Assembly (NCBI GenBank): GCA_000146465.1
Contig: CP001952.1
Strand: one strand, 5' to 3'
Length of the DNA: 64,000 bases
Part shown: positions 1 to 10,723 of the stretch, piece by piece
Numbering within the stretch: position 1 is the stretch's first letter
Layout: each line of letters opens with the position of its first letter
The notes under the pieces: generated by a model
What the model was told of the DNA's origin: nothing
The model's database searches: none
What the model saw: the letters and a program-made list of their open reading frames with translations, nothing else
Made by a program: the position numbers and the translations under genes

Positions 1-1228
1 GGTAATCGCTTATGTCTCGTGCCCGTTCAAGTCTCTTCTCGTTAATCTCTTCCTCCTTCTTCTTCAGAGCCTTGGGCCGAAGTCCACTAGGTGTCCTTAC
101 TATTTCCCTTGCGTTCTTCTCCTCAATCAAAGACCTATCTTCTGCACTTTGTGCTGCTGTTTGCCCTCCTCCGGCAATTGCTGCAGACCTGGTTGCATGC
201 TGGTAATTGAGATCTGCTAGGCTCATGGCCTTTGCATATGCAACCTCCGGAGACAGACCACTTGCCAAAGCTTCATTGTACTTATCAATCAAAAATCCTG
301 CTTGATAGGCTTCAAACCCTGCTTTTTCCTCAGGAGATCCCTTTTCGATATATTTCTCATACACACTCTTCACAAGCATATCCCTGTCTGCTTCAGAAAC
401 AACATCCTTAGAATTTACTATCTTAGCAAGTTGAGCCTGAGGAATATAAGAAGGATTCACTAGTGGCTGAGAAATCGTATTTGCCCTCTTTTTCCTCAGT
501 GCCTTTTTGGCATTGGCATCTTTAATCTCATCTGCAACACCCTGTGCAACAGGTACAGAATGCCCCATTAGAACCAACGAGGAATATGCATTTTCAGGAA
601 TTTCATCATCTATTGGACTTTCGTTATAGGTCAGAGCGTTGATCTCTGCCTGCTCTTTGTTGGTCCTTCCAGTGGCCACTCCACCCGAGAAATATGTTTC
701 TTCAGGGTTGGAATAGTCCGGTGGTGTCTCCACAGAAACAAGCTCCGACTCCAACGGTGCAACAGTGGCCGGCCTTGCACTTGGGCTTCCAAGAATAGAA
801 CTCTCCACATCCTCTGCAACATCCGGTGTTATGGAACCGTCGTTGTAAAGCATATCAAGAGCATCGAGGTTTCCGTGAGCTGCCATGTTTGCAAGATCCT
901 TTTCTTCATGGGACAGGTTCTCCGGATTGTTTCCATGACTGTTGATCATGTTCCGAAGTATCTTCTCATGGTTTTTATTATGAGGCTTGATGCTTCCTCC
1001 ATATTTCCTATGGCCTCCCTTATGATGGGTACGATGAACACGACGATTGCTATCGTCATCGTGGCGGCTATGAACCTTCATCTTAATACGGGCGTTGCGG
1101 GTAGATCTATTTCCATAGTCCATCCCCTTTCCTGTATTTGCTTCTTTGCTGCGATGGATGGCATCAGGGCTTACCTTGGTTTCACTCCGCACCTCCATGT
1201 TGTAGAGACAAAGTAGAAACAGTAGCAT
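1..1228 (-). CDS. hypothetical His/basic-rich protein, partial; the CDS runs off the window at position 1
   Basis: My own translation of the minus strand gives a continuous frame of about 409 codons from ATG (reverse complement of 1226..1228) to the window edge. It is absent from the ORF track because no stop lies in the window. The N-terminus is [16 protein letters not shown], short and hydrophobic. A His/Lys/Arg-rich low-complexity block ([14 protein letters not shown]...HNKNHEK) follows. I recognise no family. Confidence 0.5.
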   Translation of the reverse strand, partial: MLLFLLCLYNMEVRSETKVSPDAIHRSKEANTGKGMDYGNRSTRNARIKMKVHSRHDDDSNRRVHRTHHKGGHRKYGGSIKPHNKNHEKILRNMINSHGNNPENLSHEEKDLANMAAHGNLDALDMLYNDGSITPDVAEDVESSILGSPSARPATVAPLESELVSVETPPDYSNPEETYFSGGVATGRTNKEQAEINALTYNESPIDDEIPENAYSSLVLMGHSVPVAQGVADEIKDANAKKALRKKRANTISQPLVNPSYIPQAQLAKIVNSKDVVSEADRDMLVKSVYEKYIEKGSPEEKAGFEAYQAGFLIDKYNEALASGLSPEVAYAKAMSLADLNYQHATRSAAIAGGGQTAAQSAEDRSLIEEKNAREIVRTPSGLRPKALKKKEEEINEKRLERARDISDY

Positions 1229-1450
1229 GCGTTCGTGTCATTTTCCCACTAGGTATTTAAATATTTTTCCTAAAACGCTTTCCCGACAATGTTTCGAAAA
1301 CTAGAGGTCATGCCCAATCGTCTGAGATAGACTCCTCTTCTAGCCTGATTATTTCCTCTCATTGGACATGGATGAAACGGACTCAGGCCTCTTGTGTAGG
1401 AGGGGAAATTGCTTCAAATATAAACATCCCAGCAAACAAATTAAATTTAT

Positions 1451-2269
1451 TCAACTCTCAATCTTCTTGAGACCCACTTCTTTGAACTCTCCACTACTGT
1501 CGGGCACAAAACACTTGAATCGGGAGTCTCCATATCCAACACTGAGACTAAATCCAGAAAAGCTCCAGGAAAGGCTATAGCATGGCTCATCCAGGACAAT
1601 CTTCTGCAATTTGTATTCTCCTTCATTTCTAGTGTAGATCATTACAGTGCCGTCTTCAGAACAGCTTGCCATGCAAAACAGCTTGAAGGAATTCGGCGGG
1701 CAGACAGAAACATCTCTTACAAATCCCTTATGATCCCTAAACCGTGCAACCTCTTCGCTTCCTTCCCACACTGCCACAGAGTAATCCATTCCTCCACTTA
1801 CAAACCCGTTTTCCGTAGCACTGACACATGAAACCCCAAACCGGTGGCTGAAGATCTCTGACTCTGTTACGCCAAAGGAGGAATCAACTGCTAGGACCCT
1901 TACATTTCCATCCGAACACCCACAGAACAAGGTAAACGAGCCTCCGTTCCATCTTCCCGAAATGTCGTTTACCGATCCATTAAGAAGCTGCTTTTCATAC
2001 TTCTTGTTGAACTTCCCGTTCTCATACTTCCAAACAATGACCTTCCCGCTGAAGTAAGATGATGCAATAAACTCACCTTGATTTAGAAAAATCGCTTTTG
2101 TTGCCGGGCCCGAGTTTCCATTCAGCTCCATCTCCAGAGCCAGGTTGTGAGGAGAGTCTGCAGTGCCCTTCGAAAAGACACGTACAATTCCATCGGAGCA
2201 CGACGTAACAATTTTCTTTTGGCTGAAGTCAGTCTCGATGCTATGGATAGTATCCTTGTGGATGTCCAT
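1451..2269 (-). CDS. WD40 protein, Sec13/Seh1-like
   Basis: ATG confirmed at 2267..2269 (reverse complement). WD repeats match the Sec13 pattern: HKDTIHSIETDF..KKIVTSCSDGIVRVF and SYFSGKVIVWKYENGKF. Confidence 0.65.
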   Translation of the reverse strand: MDIHKDTIHSIETDFSQKKIVTSCSDGIVRVFSKGTADSPHNLALEMELNGNSGPATKAIFLNQGEFIASSYFSGKVIVWKYENGKFNKKYEKQLLNGSVNDISGRWNGGSFTLFCGCSDGNVRVLAVDSSFGVTESEIFSHRFGVSCVSATENGFVSGGMDYSVAVWEGSEEVARFRDHKGFVRDVSVCPPNSFKLFCMASCSEDGTVMIYTRNEGEYKLQKIVLDEPCYSLSWSFSGFSLSVGYGDSRFKCFVPDSSGEFKEVGLKKIES

Positions 2270-2452
2270 TGGGGCTTCTATATTTGGGAAAACAAATAAA
2301 AGATATTACATGCGATGAAACACAAGGTAGATGAGACAAGATAAATCCGAAGATGGGTATGGATAGGAGGATGAGTTGTAGCGGTGTGGGAAAACCGATG
2401 ATTAAGATACACCTGGGAATTTTAAAAGAACGGAAAAATTTTCACCCTACGA

Positions 2453-5005
2453 ATGGTAGATTTTCATATCAGCAAAGTTCACGAGCTTATGACGAACCAG
2501 AAGAACATCAGGAACATTTCTGTGATAGCACATGTCGATCACGGGAAAAGTACACTGACAGATTGTCTTGTGATCAAGGCAAAGATAGTTTCGAAGGATT
2601 CTGGAGGAGGCAGGTACATGGACTCTCGTGAAGACGAGCAGCAAAGAGGAATTACTATTAAGAGTTCGGCAATATCTCTGCATTTCCAGATTGAAAAGGA
2701 TGTTTTGGAAGCATATACAAAGAAGGAAGATACCAACGGAACCGAGTTTTTGATCAATCTAATTGACAGCCCAGGGCATATGGATTTCAGCAGTGAGGTT
2801 ACAGCAGCACTTCGAGTGACCGACGGGGCTCTTGTTGTTGTGGACTGTGTTGATGGAATTTGTGTGCAGACGGAAACGGTGCTTGGGCAAGCCATGGGAG
2901 AGAGAATAATTCCAACTCTTGTCCTCAACAAGCTCGACAGAGCTATTCTCGAGTTGGAGTATCCCCAAGAGAAGCTTGGAGAGGTTCTTAGGAGAAGGGT
3001 GGAGGGATTCAATGCCAAGCTCAGCACTCTAGGATACAACTTCAAGGTGGAGTCTCTGATGCCCGAGAAGAATGATATTTCGTTCTGTTCTGGACTACAG
3101 GGATGGGGATTTACCCTCAGGCATTTTGCAAGGTTCTATCTTGAGAAATTCAACATGAGTGGATTTGAGGGAGAAAAGAAGCTGACAAACTTCCTGTGGT
3201 CCCACAAGGTGTCCTGTACATCAGACGATCCGTTTGATCCAAACATCAAGCACATTGCCAAGCCTAATCCTGCACGATCTCCTTTTGTTGTGTATGTGTT
3301 AAATCCAATCTATAAAGTCAAGGACTTTTGCAACAACGGACAGATTGAGGAAATTAAGGAATACCTGAAATTCTATAAGGTAGACTTTAAGGGAGTTACA
3401 CTCACTGGAAGTGGAAAGTCTTTGTTCAAGGAGGTTATGAAGGCATGGCTTCCTGCAGCAGACTGCATCTTGGAGCAGATTGCGCTCAAACTTCCATCTC
3501 CGTTACAAAGCCAGAAGCTTCGATATGACTATCTATACGAAGGCCCAAAGGATGACGAGGTAGGAACTGCTATCATGAACTGTGATGCAAGCGAAGAAGC
3601 TCCGGTTACAATGTATGTCTCGAAGATGATTTCCTCAAACGACAACCGGTTCATAGCATTTGGAAGGGTGTTCTCTGGGAAGATATATCCAGGAATGAAG
3701 ATTAGGGTCCAAGAGCCGGGATATACACCGTTGCCAGAGGATTCTGAGGGATCCCCTCTGCTCCACATAAAGTCTGTCTTGAGAACTGTTGTTATGATGG
3801 GAAGGGGATACAAGGACGTGCCCAACTGTCCTGCCGGAAACATCATAGGGATTGTCGGGGTTGATGACTGTCTGAAGAAGACTGGAACCATAACAAACAG
3901 AAAGGACTCGTACAACATCCGATCGATGAAGTTTTCTGTGTCCCCAGTTGTTAAGGTGGCTGTCTCCACCAAAAGGCCAGAAGATCTTGGAAAGCTCCAG
4001 GAAGGGCTCAAAAAGCTTGCTCAGTCAGATCCTCTTTGCCTGGTCGAGAGAAATGACAAGGGCCAAAACACTATAGCTTGTGCAGGATCCCTACATCTCG
4101 AGATCTGCCTTAAGGATCTCCAAGATCAATATGCCAAGGTACCCATCATTTCCGAAGATCCGTTGGTGACATACTTCGAGGGCATATCATCCTCGATTAC
4201 AGAGCCTAAGATGACAAAGTCTGCAAACAAGCATAACAGAATTTACATGACTGTTGAACCACTCGAGGAGAAGATAGTTGACAATCTGAATGACGTCAAG
4301 TCCGACCAGATCAAGACAATGACAACCAACTTCCGAGAAATGCTTGACATAAGAGATGACTGGATCAAGAAGATATGGTGCTATGCACCCGAGATCAATC
4401 CCTTGAATCTTCTTGTGGATGGAACAAAGGGAATCTCTATCATCAACGAAATAAAGGAACACGTCAACACAGGATTCCGTGCAGCAGTCAATGACGGTCC
4501 ATTGATTGGAGAAGTCATGCGTGGACTTAAGTTTGAGCTCAAAGACGCAGTCCTCCACGCCGATGCAATCCACAGAGGTATCAACCAGCTGCTCCAGCCT
4601 GTGAAGAGTCTCTGCAAAGGACTCCTCCTTGCAGCAACCCCCATTCTCTACGAGCCAATATATGAAGTAGAGATAACCTCTCCAAACGACTTCTCCGGAG
4701 CTGCCACCACTATTCTTCTCTCGAAGAGAGGAACTGCAGAGGACTTCAAGACACTTCCTGGAAACGACACAACGATGATTACCGGGACTCTTCCTGTGAG
4801 GGAGTCCTTTACATTCAATGAGGACTTGAAGTCTAGGACCGGAGGAAAGGCCGGAGCATCCATGAGGTTCTCTCATTACAGCATCTTGCCCGGAAGCCTC
4901 GACGACCCAAATTCCTTGATGTTCAAGACCGTCGAAACTGTTAGGAAGCTCAAGAAAATGAACCCCGAGCCTCCAACAGCAGACTCCTTCTTCGACAAGC
5001 TTTAA
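2453..5005 (+). CDS. EFT1: translation elongation factor 2 (eEF2)
   Basis: 850 aa. The N-terminus MVDFHISKVHELMTNQKNIRNISVIAHVDHGKSTL is colinear with eEF2. The GTPase G-motifs and C-terminal domains are present and the protein is full length. Confidence 0.95.
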   Translation: MVDFHISKVHELMTNQKNIRNISVIAHVDHGKSTLTDCLVIKAKIVSKDSGGGRYMDSREDEQQRGITIKSSAISLHFQIEKDVLEAYTKKEDTNGTEFLINLIDSPGHMDFSSEVTAALRVTDGALVVVDCVDGICVQTETVLGQAMGERIIPTLVLNKLDRAILELEYPQEKLGEVLRRRVEGFNAKLSTLGYNFKVESLMPEKNDISFCSGLQGWGFTLRHFARFYLEKFNMSGFEGEKKLTNFLWSHKVSCTSDDPFDPNIKHIAKPNPARSPFVVYVLNPIYKVKDFCNNGQIEEIKEYLKFYKVDFKGVTLTGSGKSLFKEVMKAWLPAADCILEQIALKLPSPLQSQKLRYDYLYEGPKDDEVGTAIMNCDASEEAPVTMYVSKMISSNDNRFIAFGRVFSGKIYPGMKIRVQEPGYTPLPEDSEGSPLLHIKSVLRTVVMMGRGYKDVPNCPAGNIIGIVGVDDCLKKTGTITNRKDSYNIRSMKFSVSPVVKVAVSTKRPEDLGKLQEGLKKLAQSDPLCLVERNDKGQNTIACAGSLHLEICLKDLQDQYAKVPIISEDPLVTYFEGISSSITEPKMTKSANKHNRIYMTVEPLEEKIVDNLNDVKSDQIKTMTTNFREMLDIRDDWIKKIWCYAPEINPLNLLVDGTKGISIINEIKEHVNTGFRAAVNDGPLIGEVMRGLKFELKDAVLHADAIHRGINQLLQPVKSLCKGLLLAATPILYEPIYEVEITSPNDFSGAATTILLSKRGTAEDFKTLPGNDTTMITGTLPVRESFTFNEDLKSRTGGKAGASMRFSHYSILPGSLDDPNSLMFKTVETVRKLKKMNPEPPTADSFFDKL

Positions 5006-5087
5006 TAAAAAGTTATGGAGTTATCTAGAAAGTTCCGTTTTTATTTGGGCCGACATTCTGCCCGGAGAAACAATCTCCAGTGACGGC

Positions 5088-5375
5088 CTATTCCTTGTTC
5101 TTGAGCTGCTCCATGCCCTTGAGGAATTCAAACTTTGAATTGGACTCTATAGCTCTTACAATAAACTCGGGAGACATCCTCGAGGAGTTCTTCTTCTTTG
5201 CTTCCTTGAGGGTGAGTCCTACCACTTCTGCCAAAAACATCTCGATGGCCTTGCTTGCAACAACAGGTACCGAGGCCCCTATCTTTCCTATGTCCTCGTT
5301 CAGCTGCATTATCCTTTTCAATCTTGATATCGGGAACTTGGTTAGCTTTTTCTTTTGGGACTCCTGCCTGGGCAT
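5088..5375 (-). CDS. histone-fold protein, NC2-alpha (Bur6/DRAP1) or NF-YC-like
   Basis: 95 aa. FPISRLKRIMQLNEDIGKIGASVPVVASKAIEMFLAEVV matches the NC2alpha/NF-YC histone-fold motif. ATG confirmed. Confidence 0.75.
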   Translation of the reverse strand: MPRQESQKKKLTKFPISRLKRIMQLNEDIGKIGASVPVVASKAIEMFLAEVVGLTLKEAKKKNSSRMSPEFIVRAIESNSKFEFLKGMEQLKNKE

Positions 5376-5475
5376 TGTTTACCCCTTCCACTCTCTAGGC
5401 TTTAACAAAGATCAGATATGGAAGAATCCTCCTACCCTCCATATCGAGTTTATTCTCAAGATTTCCAATCCCAAA

Positions 5476-5826
5476 ATGGACAGGGAAGCCTTAAGATGCA
5501 GGGTGCTTACCACTCTTTCCAAGTCGTCGTTGTTCCGATTCATTGAAAACATCCTAGAAGAGGGCAAGGTGAATTCCATGGCAGTCAATATCACAGAATA
5601 TTTATTAAACAATAAGTACAGCAGAGAAAGAGCTCAGCAACATATATCAGACTACTTGGAAGACGAGCTCGAGAGGTCAGGGATAGACCTAGACGATAGT
5701 GTCGACGGTGTCTCCCTGGCCATTCTATTCGTATACGAAGAGCTCCTTGAAAATAAGTCAGAATTCTTTTTGAAGATTGAGGAAAAGGCTGGCCATACCA
5801 TTCCTCTTTCCGACTCCGACGAATGA
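5476..5826 (+). CDS. hypothetical small acidic protein, 116 aa
   Basis: This is the downstream ATG-initiated part of track ORF 5080..5826. The upstream part of that ORF is antisense to the NC2 gene. It sits in a 458-bp gap between two minus-strand genes. The sequence is not low-complexity and has an acidic C-terminus. No homolog recognised. Confidence 0.35.
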   Translation: MDREALRCRVLTTLSKSSLFRFIENILEEGKVNSMAVNITEYLLNNKYSRERAQQHISDYLEDELERSGIDLDDSVDGVSLAILFVYEELLENKSEFFLKIEEKAGHTIPLSDSDE

Positions 5827-5833
5827 CTCTGGC

Positions 5834-6823
5834 CTAGAACTTAATACTCTTATAAAGCTTTTCCTTTCTGCTTCTTCTTTTTTCTTTCGCTTCCACTTCC
5901 TCCTTAGCAACAGCTTTTTCTTCGGGTGCCTCATCTTTTTCAGCCCTACTACTTTCCAGAGTAACTCTTTCTTCCAACTCCTCAATGTACACCGGCTTAG
6001 TGTACTGGTTCTCAGTGTTATAGATAACCTCTACACTCTCTTGAAGAATGCCGTTTTCAGCTATTCCAGCCTCTGCCTCAACCAGGGGCTCTCCCCAACC
6101 CCTAGGCTGGTATCCATACATACATCCCTCAGGTATTGGTGCATTCAGCCCTGGAATCCTTGCATTCGGATAGGATGGCGGCATTCCATACTTCTGCATT
6201 TTGAAAAGCCATGGCGGCGGAGTGGTGTTGTCGATTCCCAGAGCTTCCATGAGCTCAACGCTCATCGTACCAGAGGAGCTCTTCTTTATAAAGTAGTCCG
6301 TCCCCGGCTTGAAAAATTCTCCATAACTACTGAGATGCGGTTTTTCCTCTATGGAAAACGCCTCATACAGTATCCGTTGGTCGACCAAGGATTTCCCCAG
6401 TTTTGGATACAACTTTTCCCTTACCCTTTCCCGAAGACTCATCCCCGCCTCCCTTTCCTTCATCATTCTTCTTAACTCAGGAATCCCTGTCTTCATTACA
6501 TTCCAGGGAATCTGATATCCAGGCTTATGGTATCCATGCGGAAACATTCTTCCAGAGCTTGATCTCCAATTGCTGGGGACCGGAACACTACTCTGTCCCT
6601 TCATCTTATTGTGAGCTATTGGATCTGGGCATGTTACATCCTCAAACTCAAAAAGCTCTGGATATGGAACAACAAGCTTGAGGTCCTCATATCTGTGTTG
6701 CAATGCCCTTTTTTTCCTCTGCCTTTTATTCAAGGGATTTCTATTGGGTCTTATTTCGTGAATAAATCCATACTCATCATTGATCTCTGCTCTCATATGG
6801 GCTTTTGATTTTATTCTGTCCAT
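5834..6823 (-). CDS. CUS1: splicing factor 3b subunit 2 (SF3b145/Cus1)
   Basis: PPPWLFKMQKYGMPPSYPNARIPGLNAPIPEGCMYGYQPRGWGEPL is the diagnostic SF3b2 PSP/DUF382 motif. ATG confirmed. Confidence 0.85.
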   Translation of the reverse strand: MDRIKSKAHMRAEINDEYGFIHEIRPNRNPLNKRQRKKRALQHRYEDLKLVVPYPELFEFEDVTCPDPIAHNKMKGQSSVPVPSNWRSSSGRMFPHGYHKPGYQIPWNVMKTGIPELRRMMKEREAGMSLRERVREKLYPKLGKSLVDQRILYEAFSIEEKPHLSSYGEFFKPGTDYFIKKSSSGTMSVELMEALGIDNTTPPPWLFKMQKYGMPPSYPNARIPGLNAPIPEGCMYGYQPRGWGEPLVEAEAGIAENGILQESVEVIYNTENQYTKPVYIEELEERVTLESSRAEKDEAPEEKAVAKEEVEAKEKRRSRKEKLYKSIKF

Positions 6824-6830
6824 TCATGCT

Positions 6831-7667
6831 ATGAGGAGATTCAGATTCATACAGAAGCTCAGTAGAGGGGTACATGGGACAGTGTATCTTCTGGAAACAA
6901 CAGACTCCAAAAGAGAAAAGGTAGTCTGTAAGTCGGTTCTATGGAGGTACAGGAAACATGCCGAGAACGAAGCCAGGATACTTTCCTCAATATCTTACAA
7001 AAGAATAGTAAAGCTTATTGACTTCTTTCCATCCGATTTCGGCCTATTTATTGTTCTTGAGTATATGGATTGTGGAAGTTTGGACGAAATGATGATTTAC
7101 TTTATGGAAAGCAACTTCAGAGCCACGGATCGCTTGGCATGGTCTGTATTGACACAAATTGCAGGCGGCCTGAGATATTTACACTCCAAGAAAATCATTC
7201 ACAGAGATCTGAAACCATCAAACATTCTTGCAAACAGAGCTCGAGCGGAAGGAGGCTTGATGCTCGAGTTCAAACTTTGTGATTTTTCTGTGTCGAAGAA
7301 GCTCGGCAAGGATGGGCAGATATCTGGAATTGCTGGGACGCCCTCGTACATGGCACCCGAAATGGTATCTGGAAGGCATTACACTACCTCTGTGGACATT
7401 TGGAGTCTAGGTGTTTCAATATACGAATTACTAGCCCTAAAGAAGCCTTTTGAGGGGAAGAATAGAAACGAACTCTTTGAAATGATTAAACAAGCAAAAC
7501 TTCCACAAGAAATGTGTAAAGACATGGACTTGGAGAGACTTATTCGAAGGTGCCTTTCCAAAAAGAACAGAATATCTGCCAGAGACATTTGTAACTACAG
7601 AAAGTCAGACCTTACCTGTAGATGCAGAGATAAGTCAAGAGATGTTTTTCGGAATGGAATTTCGTAA
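6831..7667 (+). CDS. Ser/Thr protein kinase (NEK/CAMK-like)
   Basis: Catalytic loop HRDLKPSNIL, Gly-loop LSRGVHGTVY, activation segment CDFSVSK...GTPSYMAPE. The track ORF begins at a TTG (6780), so the start is moved to the first ATG at 6831, directly before the Gly-loop. Confidence 0.8.
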   Translation: MRRFRFIQKLSRGVHGTVYLLETTDSKREKVVCKSVLWRYRKHAENEARILSSISYKRIVKLIDFFPSDFGLFIVLEYMDCGSLDEMMIYFMESNFRATDRLAWSVLTQIAGGLRYLHSKKIIHRDLKPSNILANRARAEGGLMLEFKLCDFSVSKKLGKDGQISGIAGTPSYMAPEMVSGRHYTTSVDIWSLGVSIYELLALKKPFEGKNRNELFEMIKQAKLPQEMCKDMDLERLIRRCLSKKNRISARDICNYRKSDLTCRCRDKSRDVFRNGIS

Positions 7668-7813
7668 GAAACAATGGACATCAATCATTTTCAAGGCTAA
7701 TTCCGAATTGCATACTGATGAAGCGAAGTATTTTCTTACAGAACAAATAACTAGACAAGAAACATCATGCCGGTTTCAGATGAGAAATAAAAAAAACCTG
7801 CCACAACTTGAAA

Positions 7814-8818
7814 ATGCATAATAGAAAGCATCTATCACAATGTTCACATACAACATGCTCCAACGATGCAGATATAAAAAAGATATCAAAGGTACTCTTC
7901 ATCATTCTAATGTTTATGTTCCTGGAGCTGTGGGGACATTGGAAAACAAACAGTTTGTCCCTCCTGGCAGATTCGTTGCATCTGCTTGTGGACATATTTG
8001 GATTTATAGTTAGTCTTCTCTCTCTGAGCTGGGCAAAGAGACCTCCAAATAAGAAAATGACATTTGGATACCACAGGATAGAAATCATTGGATCCTTGGT
8101 TTCCATCGGGCTCATCTGGGCAGCCGTGGGGTATCTCGCAATCGAGTCATTCCACAAGTACCTTCATCCCAGCGAGATTGATGGAGGGATGTTCTTTGCA
8201 ATAGCAGTTGTCGGTTTCTTTGTGAATTGCATCTGTATTTACGTCCTCCACTATGACGAATACCAGCACAAGCTTAAGCATAAGAATCTAAACATCCGAG
8301 CTACCTATGTCCATGTGATTGGAGATCTTATTCAGTCTGTAGGGGTAATAATCGCAGGGATGGTGACGTATTTCTATCCTTCAAAAGCAATAGTCGATGT
8401 GGTCTGTACCTTGTTTTTTTCTGTGCTTGTTTTGACATCCACGGGGTTTGTATTCCGAGATGCCATCCACATACTGGCCGAGGGAACACCTATGGATCTT
8501 GACATCGATGGAATGAAGACAGATGTGCTAGGAGTAGAGAATGTATACAAAATTGTTGATTTATATGCATGGTCCATATCCATGAACAGAAACGCTGTAT
8601 CTATTAAGATACTGGCGGATGATTTGCTGATCAGCGACTATGAAAGCATTCTGTTGGAGGTGAACCACATAATCACAACGAAATATTTTGTGGACATAGT
8701 CATCATACAAATAGATACGCCAAACACCTTCTATGGAGAAAAGGGATTTGTTGTTGATGGAGTAGCGATTGACTTGGAAGCTCTTGAAACCCCAGGGATG
8801 ATGATTCCGCAGGCCTAG
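7814..8818 (+). CDS. cation diffusion facilitator (Zn2+ transporter, CDF family)
   Basis: Six TM helices. The HLLVDIFGF and HVIGDLIQS motifs are typical of CDF/ZnT. The track start is TTG; the first ATG is used. Confidence 0.75.
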   Translation: MHNRKHLSQCSHTTCSNDADIKKISKVLFIILMFMFLELWGHWKTNSLSLLADSLHLLVDIFGFIVSLLSLSWAKRPPNKKMTFGYHRIEIIGSLVSIGLIWAAVGYLAIESFHKYLHPSEIDGGMFFAIAVVGFFVNCICIYVLHYDEYQHKLKHKNLNIRATYVHVIGDLIQSVGVIIAGMVTYFYPSKAIVDVVCTLFFSVLVLTSTGFVFRDAIHILAEGTPMDLDIDGMKTDVLGVENVYKIVDLYAWSISMNRNAVSIKILADDLLISDYESILLEVNHIITTKYFVDIVIIQIDTPNTFYGEKGFVVDGVAIDLEALETPGMMIPQA

Positions 8819-8838
8819 ACTTCTCATCTTTAAGGCAG

Positions 8839-9564
8839 ATGGAGCCCTTTCAGTTAGCAACCAGACTTGAGGAAATGGATTTCACCCCGGAAATGGAAGC
8901 AAAGAGCATCAAGAAAGGCCTTTACAGACAGAGAGCACATGCAAATCCGTTCAAAGATAGCAATATTGTTATTCCCCAAAGTCCCGAGTCGATAGATTGG
9001 TCTTCTTACTTTGTAGAGAACAAAAGACCGGACTTTGTTGATATAGGATGTGGATATGGAAAATTTCTTTTGAAAGTTGCAGAGAAGAGCCCTGAGCATA
9101 ATGTTCTTGGACTGGAAATTAGGGATAAGGTGTATGAATATGTCAAGGCAAGAATCGAGGTTCTGAGAATTCCAAATGCTGGGGTTATGAGAACAAACGC
9201 ATTGATCTTTCTACCTAATATATTTAGTAGAGGTCAACTGTCTAAGATCTTTATTTTGTTTCCCGACCCTCACTTTAAGAAGAGAAAACAGAAAGGACGT
9301 GTTGTGTGTCAGCAGATGATGGAGATGTACGAGTACATACTTGCAGATGGGGGAAGGCTGTATGTATCTACAGATGTGGAGGAGTTGTTTGATTACATGG
9401 TGGAAGTTATTTTGGCACATGGGAGATTCAGACCACTTTCCAAAGACGAGGCTAGCAAGGACCCGGTGTTCCCTATGACTTCCAAGGATACAGATGAGGC
9501 TTTAAGAGCAGGAGTCAAGACAGGAAAAGTATTTTCCGAAGTTTTCGAAATAAAAAAGGATTAA
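8839..9564 (+). CDS. TRM8: tRNA (guanine-N7)-methyltransferase Trm8
   Basis: RAHANPFKD, DIGCGYGKFL and FPDPHFKKRKQKGR match the Trm8/METTL1 signature. Confidence 0.85.
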   Translation: MEPFQLATRLEEMDFTPEMEAKSIKKGLYRQRAHANPFKDSNIVIPQSPESIDWSSYFVENKRPDFVDIGCGYGKFLLKVAEKSPEHNVLGLEIRDKVYEYVKARIEVLRIPNAGVMRTNALIFLPNIFSRGQLSKIFILFPDPHFKKRKQKGRVVCQQMMEMYEYILADGGRLYVSTDVEELFDYMVEVILAHGRFRPLSKDEASKDPVFPMTSKDTDEALRAGVKTGKVFSEVFEIKKD

Positions 9565-9642
9565 CTACTCCTTTCATTTTCCATTCAGGAGACAGACAGG
9601 ACAGTCGACTCCTTTTGAAATACTTTCTTAGAAGTAACCCCA

Positions 9643-10575
9643 ATGGGAAATGACAAGGTGATAGTTGAGTTGCTCTTTGTGCTGTCTCTCTTGAGCCTTT
9701 CATTGACATTTTTTCCAGAACTGATAAAGGATTCGGTGGATGAAATGGGGTACTTCAAAGGAAACAGGGCCTCCGAGAATTTTAATGTTCTAGGGATACC
9801 AAAAGAAAACAAGATTGAATTCTACACAATGTCAGGGAGTAGGAGTAACATCAGTATTACGGACTTTCCAAACGGATCTCCCATTAGCAGGGCCATGCTC
9901 AGCCTCTATAAAAGAAAAAAAAGGTTCAGCATATATATTGATGAAAAGGCAAGAAGCGTATCGATATACTCGGAATCTGTAATTCCCAAGTACATCTTTA
10001 AGATGAAGGAGGTGCCCAAAAGAAGCCTTACACCTGCAGAAACTATCAAGGGATTGGATCGTTTCTATCTTCCGAATGGTCCTATGGACCAAAAACTGAT
10101 CGAGACATTGGTGTATCTAGAACTTCGAGGATGTCTCGAAGATAAGCTGTTCATCCTTTACGAAAATACACTTATCCTCATCAATGAGGAGAAGCAGATG
10201 ATCTTCTTTGATATAGACCTCGAGCATCTATTTGGGATGATGGTTGAGGAAGTGGTTTCCCAAACAGAAAGAAAAGACGGATCAAATAGACTTCTGATTG
10301 CTTTCAAGGTAGAATCGAATATTTTCTTCTTGTTCAGTCCTGGAGATGAACAGAAGGGATTTGGAAGGAGGATAACTGGAAATACACTTTCAGAGGGCTC
10401 CATAAAGCTTTTCCCTTCGTCAAGGGATGTCCAGATAAAAAATGCAGTATCCAAAGACGATTATGTGGGGATATCCAAGATAATAAGTGACGAAGAAAGA
10501 AAAGAAGGAATAGAAGTGTTGAAGAAGTTGATAATAGACCCTTTCAGATCGGAAGATCTTTCTTTTTTTAGATGA
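9643..10575 (+). CDS. hypothetical protein with N-terminal signal peptide or signal anchor
   Basis: MGNDK is followed by the hydrophobic stretch VIVELLFVLSLLSLSLTFF. The remainder is globular with no recognised domain. Confidence 0.5.
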   Translation: MGNDKVIVELLFVLSLLSLSLTFFPELIKDSVDEMGYFKGNRASENFNVLGIPKENKIEFYTMSGSRSNISITDFPNGSPISRAMLSLYKRKKRFSIYIDEKARSVSIYSESVIPKYIFKMKEVPKRSLTPAETIKGLDRFYLPNGPMDQKLIETLVYLELRGCLEDKLFILYENTLILINEEKQMIFFDIDLEHLFGMMVEEVVSQTERKDGSNRLLIAFKVESNIFFLFSPGDEQKGFGRRITGNTLSEGSIKLFPSSRDVQIKNAVSKDDYVGISKIISDEERKEGIEVLKKLIIDPFRSEDLSFFR

Positions 10576-10723
10576 TAATGGATCAAGAGTCCTAGCTTAC
10601 TGGAATGCTATGAAAAGATCCTTTGGAAAATAAGGTACATTTAATTAGATTGGTGTCATTAATTAACCTTAATGAAGCCCAAAACCTGATAAAAAAGAGA
10701 TTCCATCCTTGGACATTATTACT

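Noticed and set aside
12-1216. Plus-strand ORFs 12..206 and 875..1216
   Set aside because: They lie antisense to the long uninterrupted minus-strand reading frame (1..1228) and are low-complexity. They look like shadow ORFs.
4187-4876. 229-aa minus-strand ORF inside the eEF2 gene
   Set aside because: It is fully antisense to a highly conserved eEF2 coding region. It is an antisense shadow ORF.
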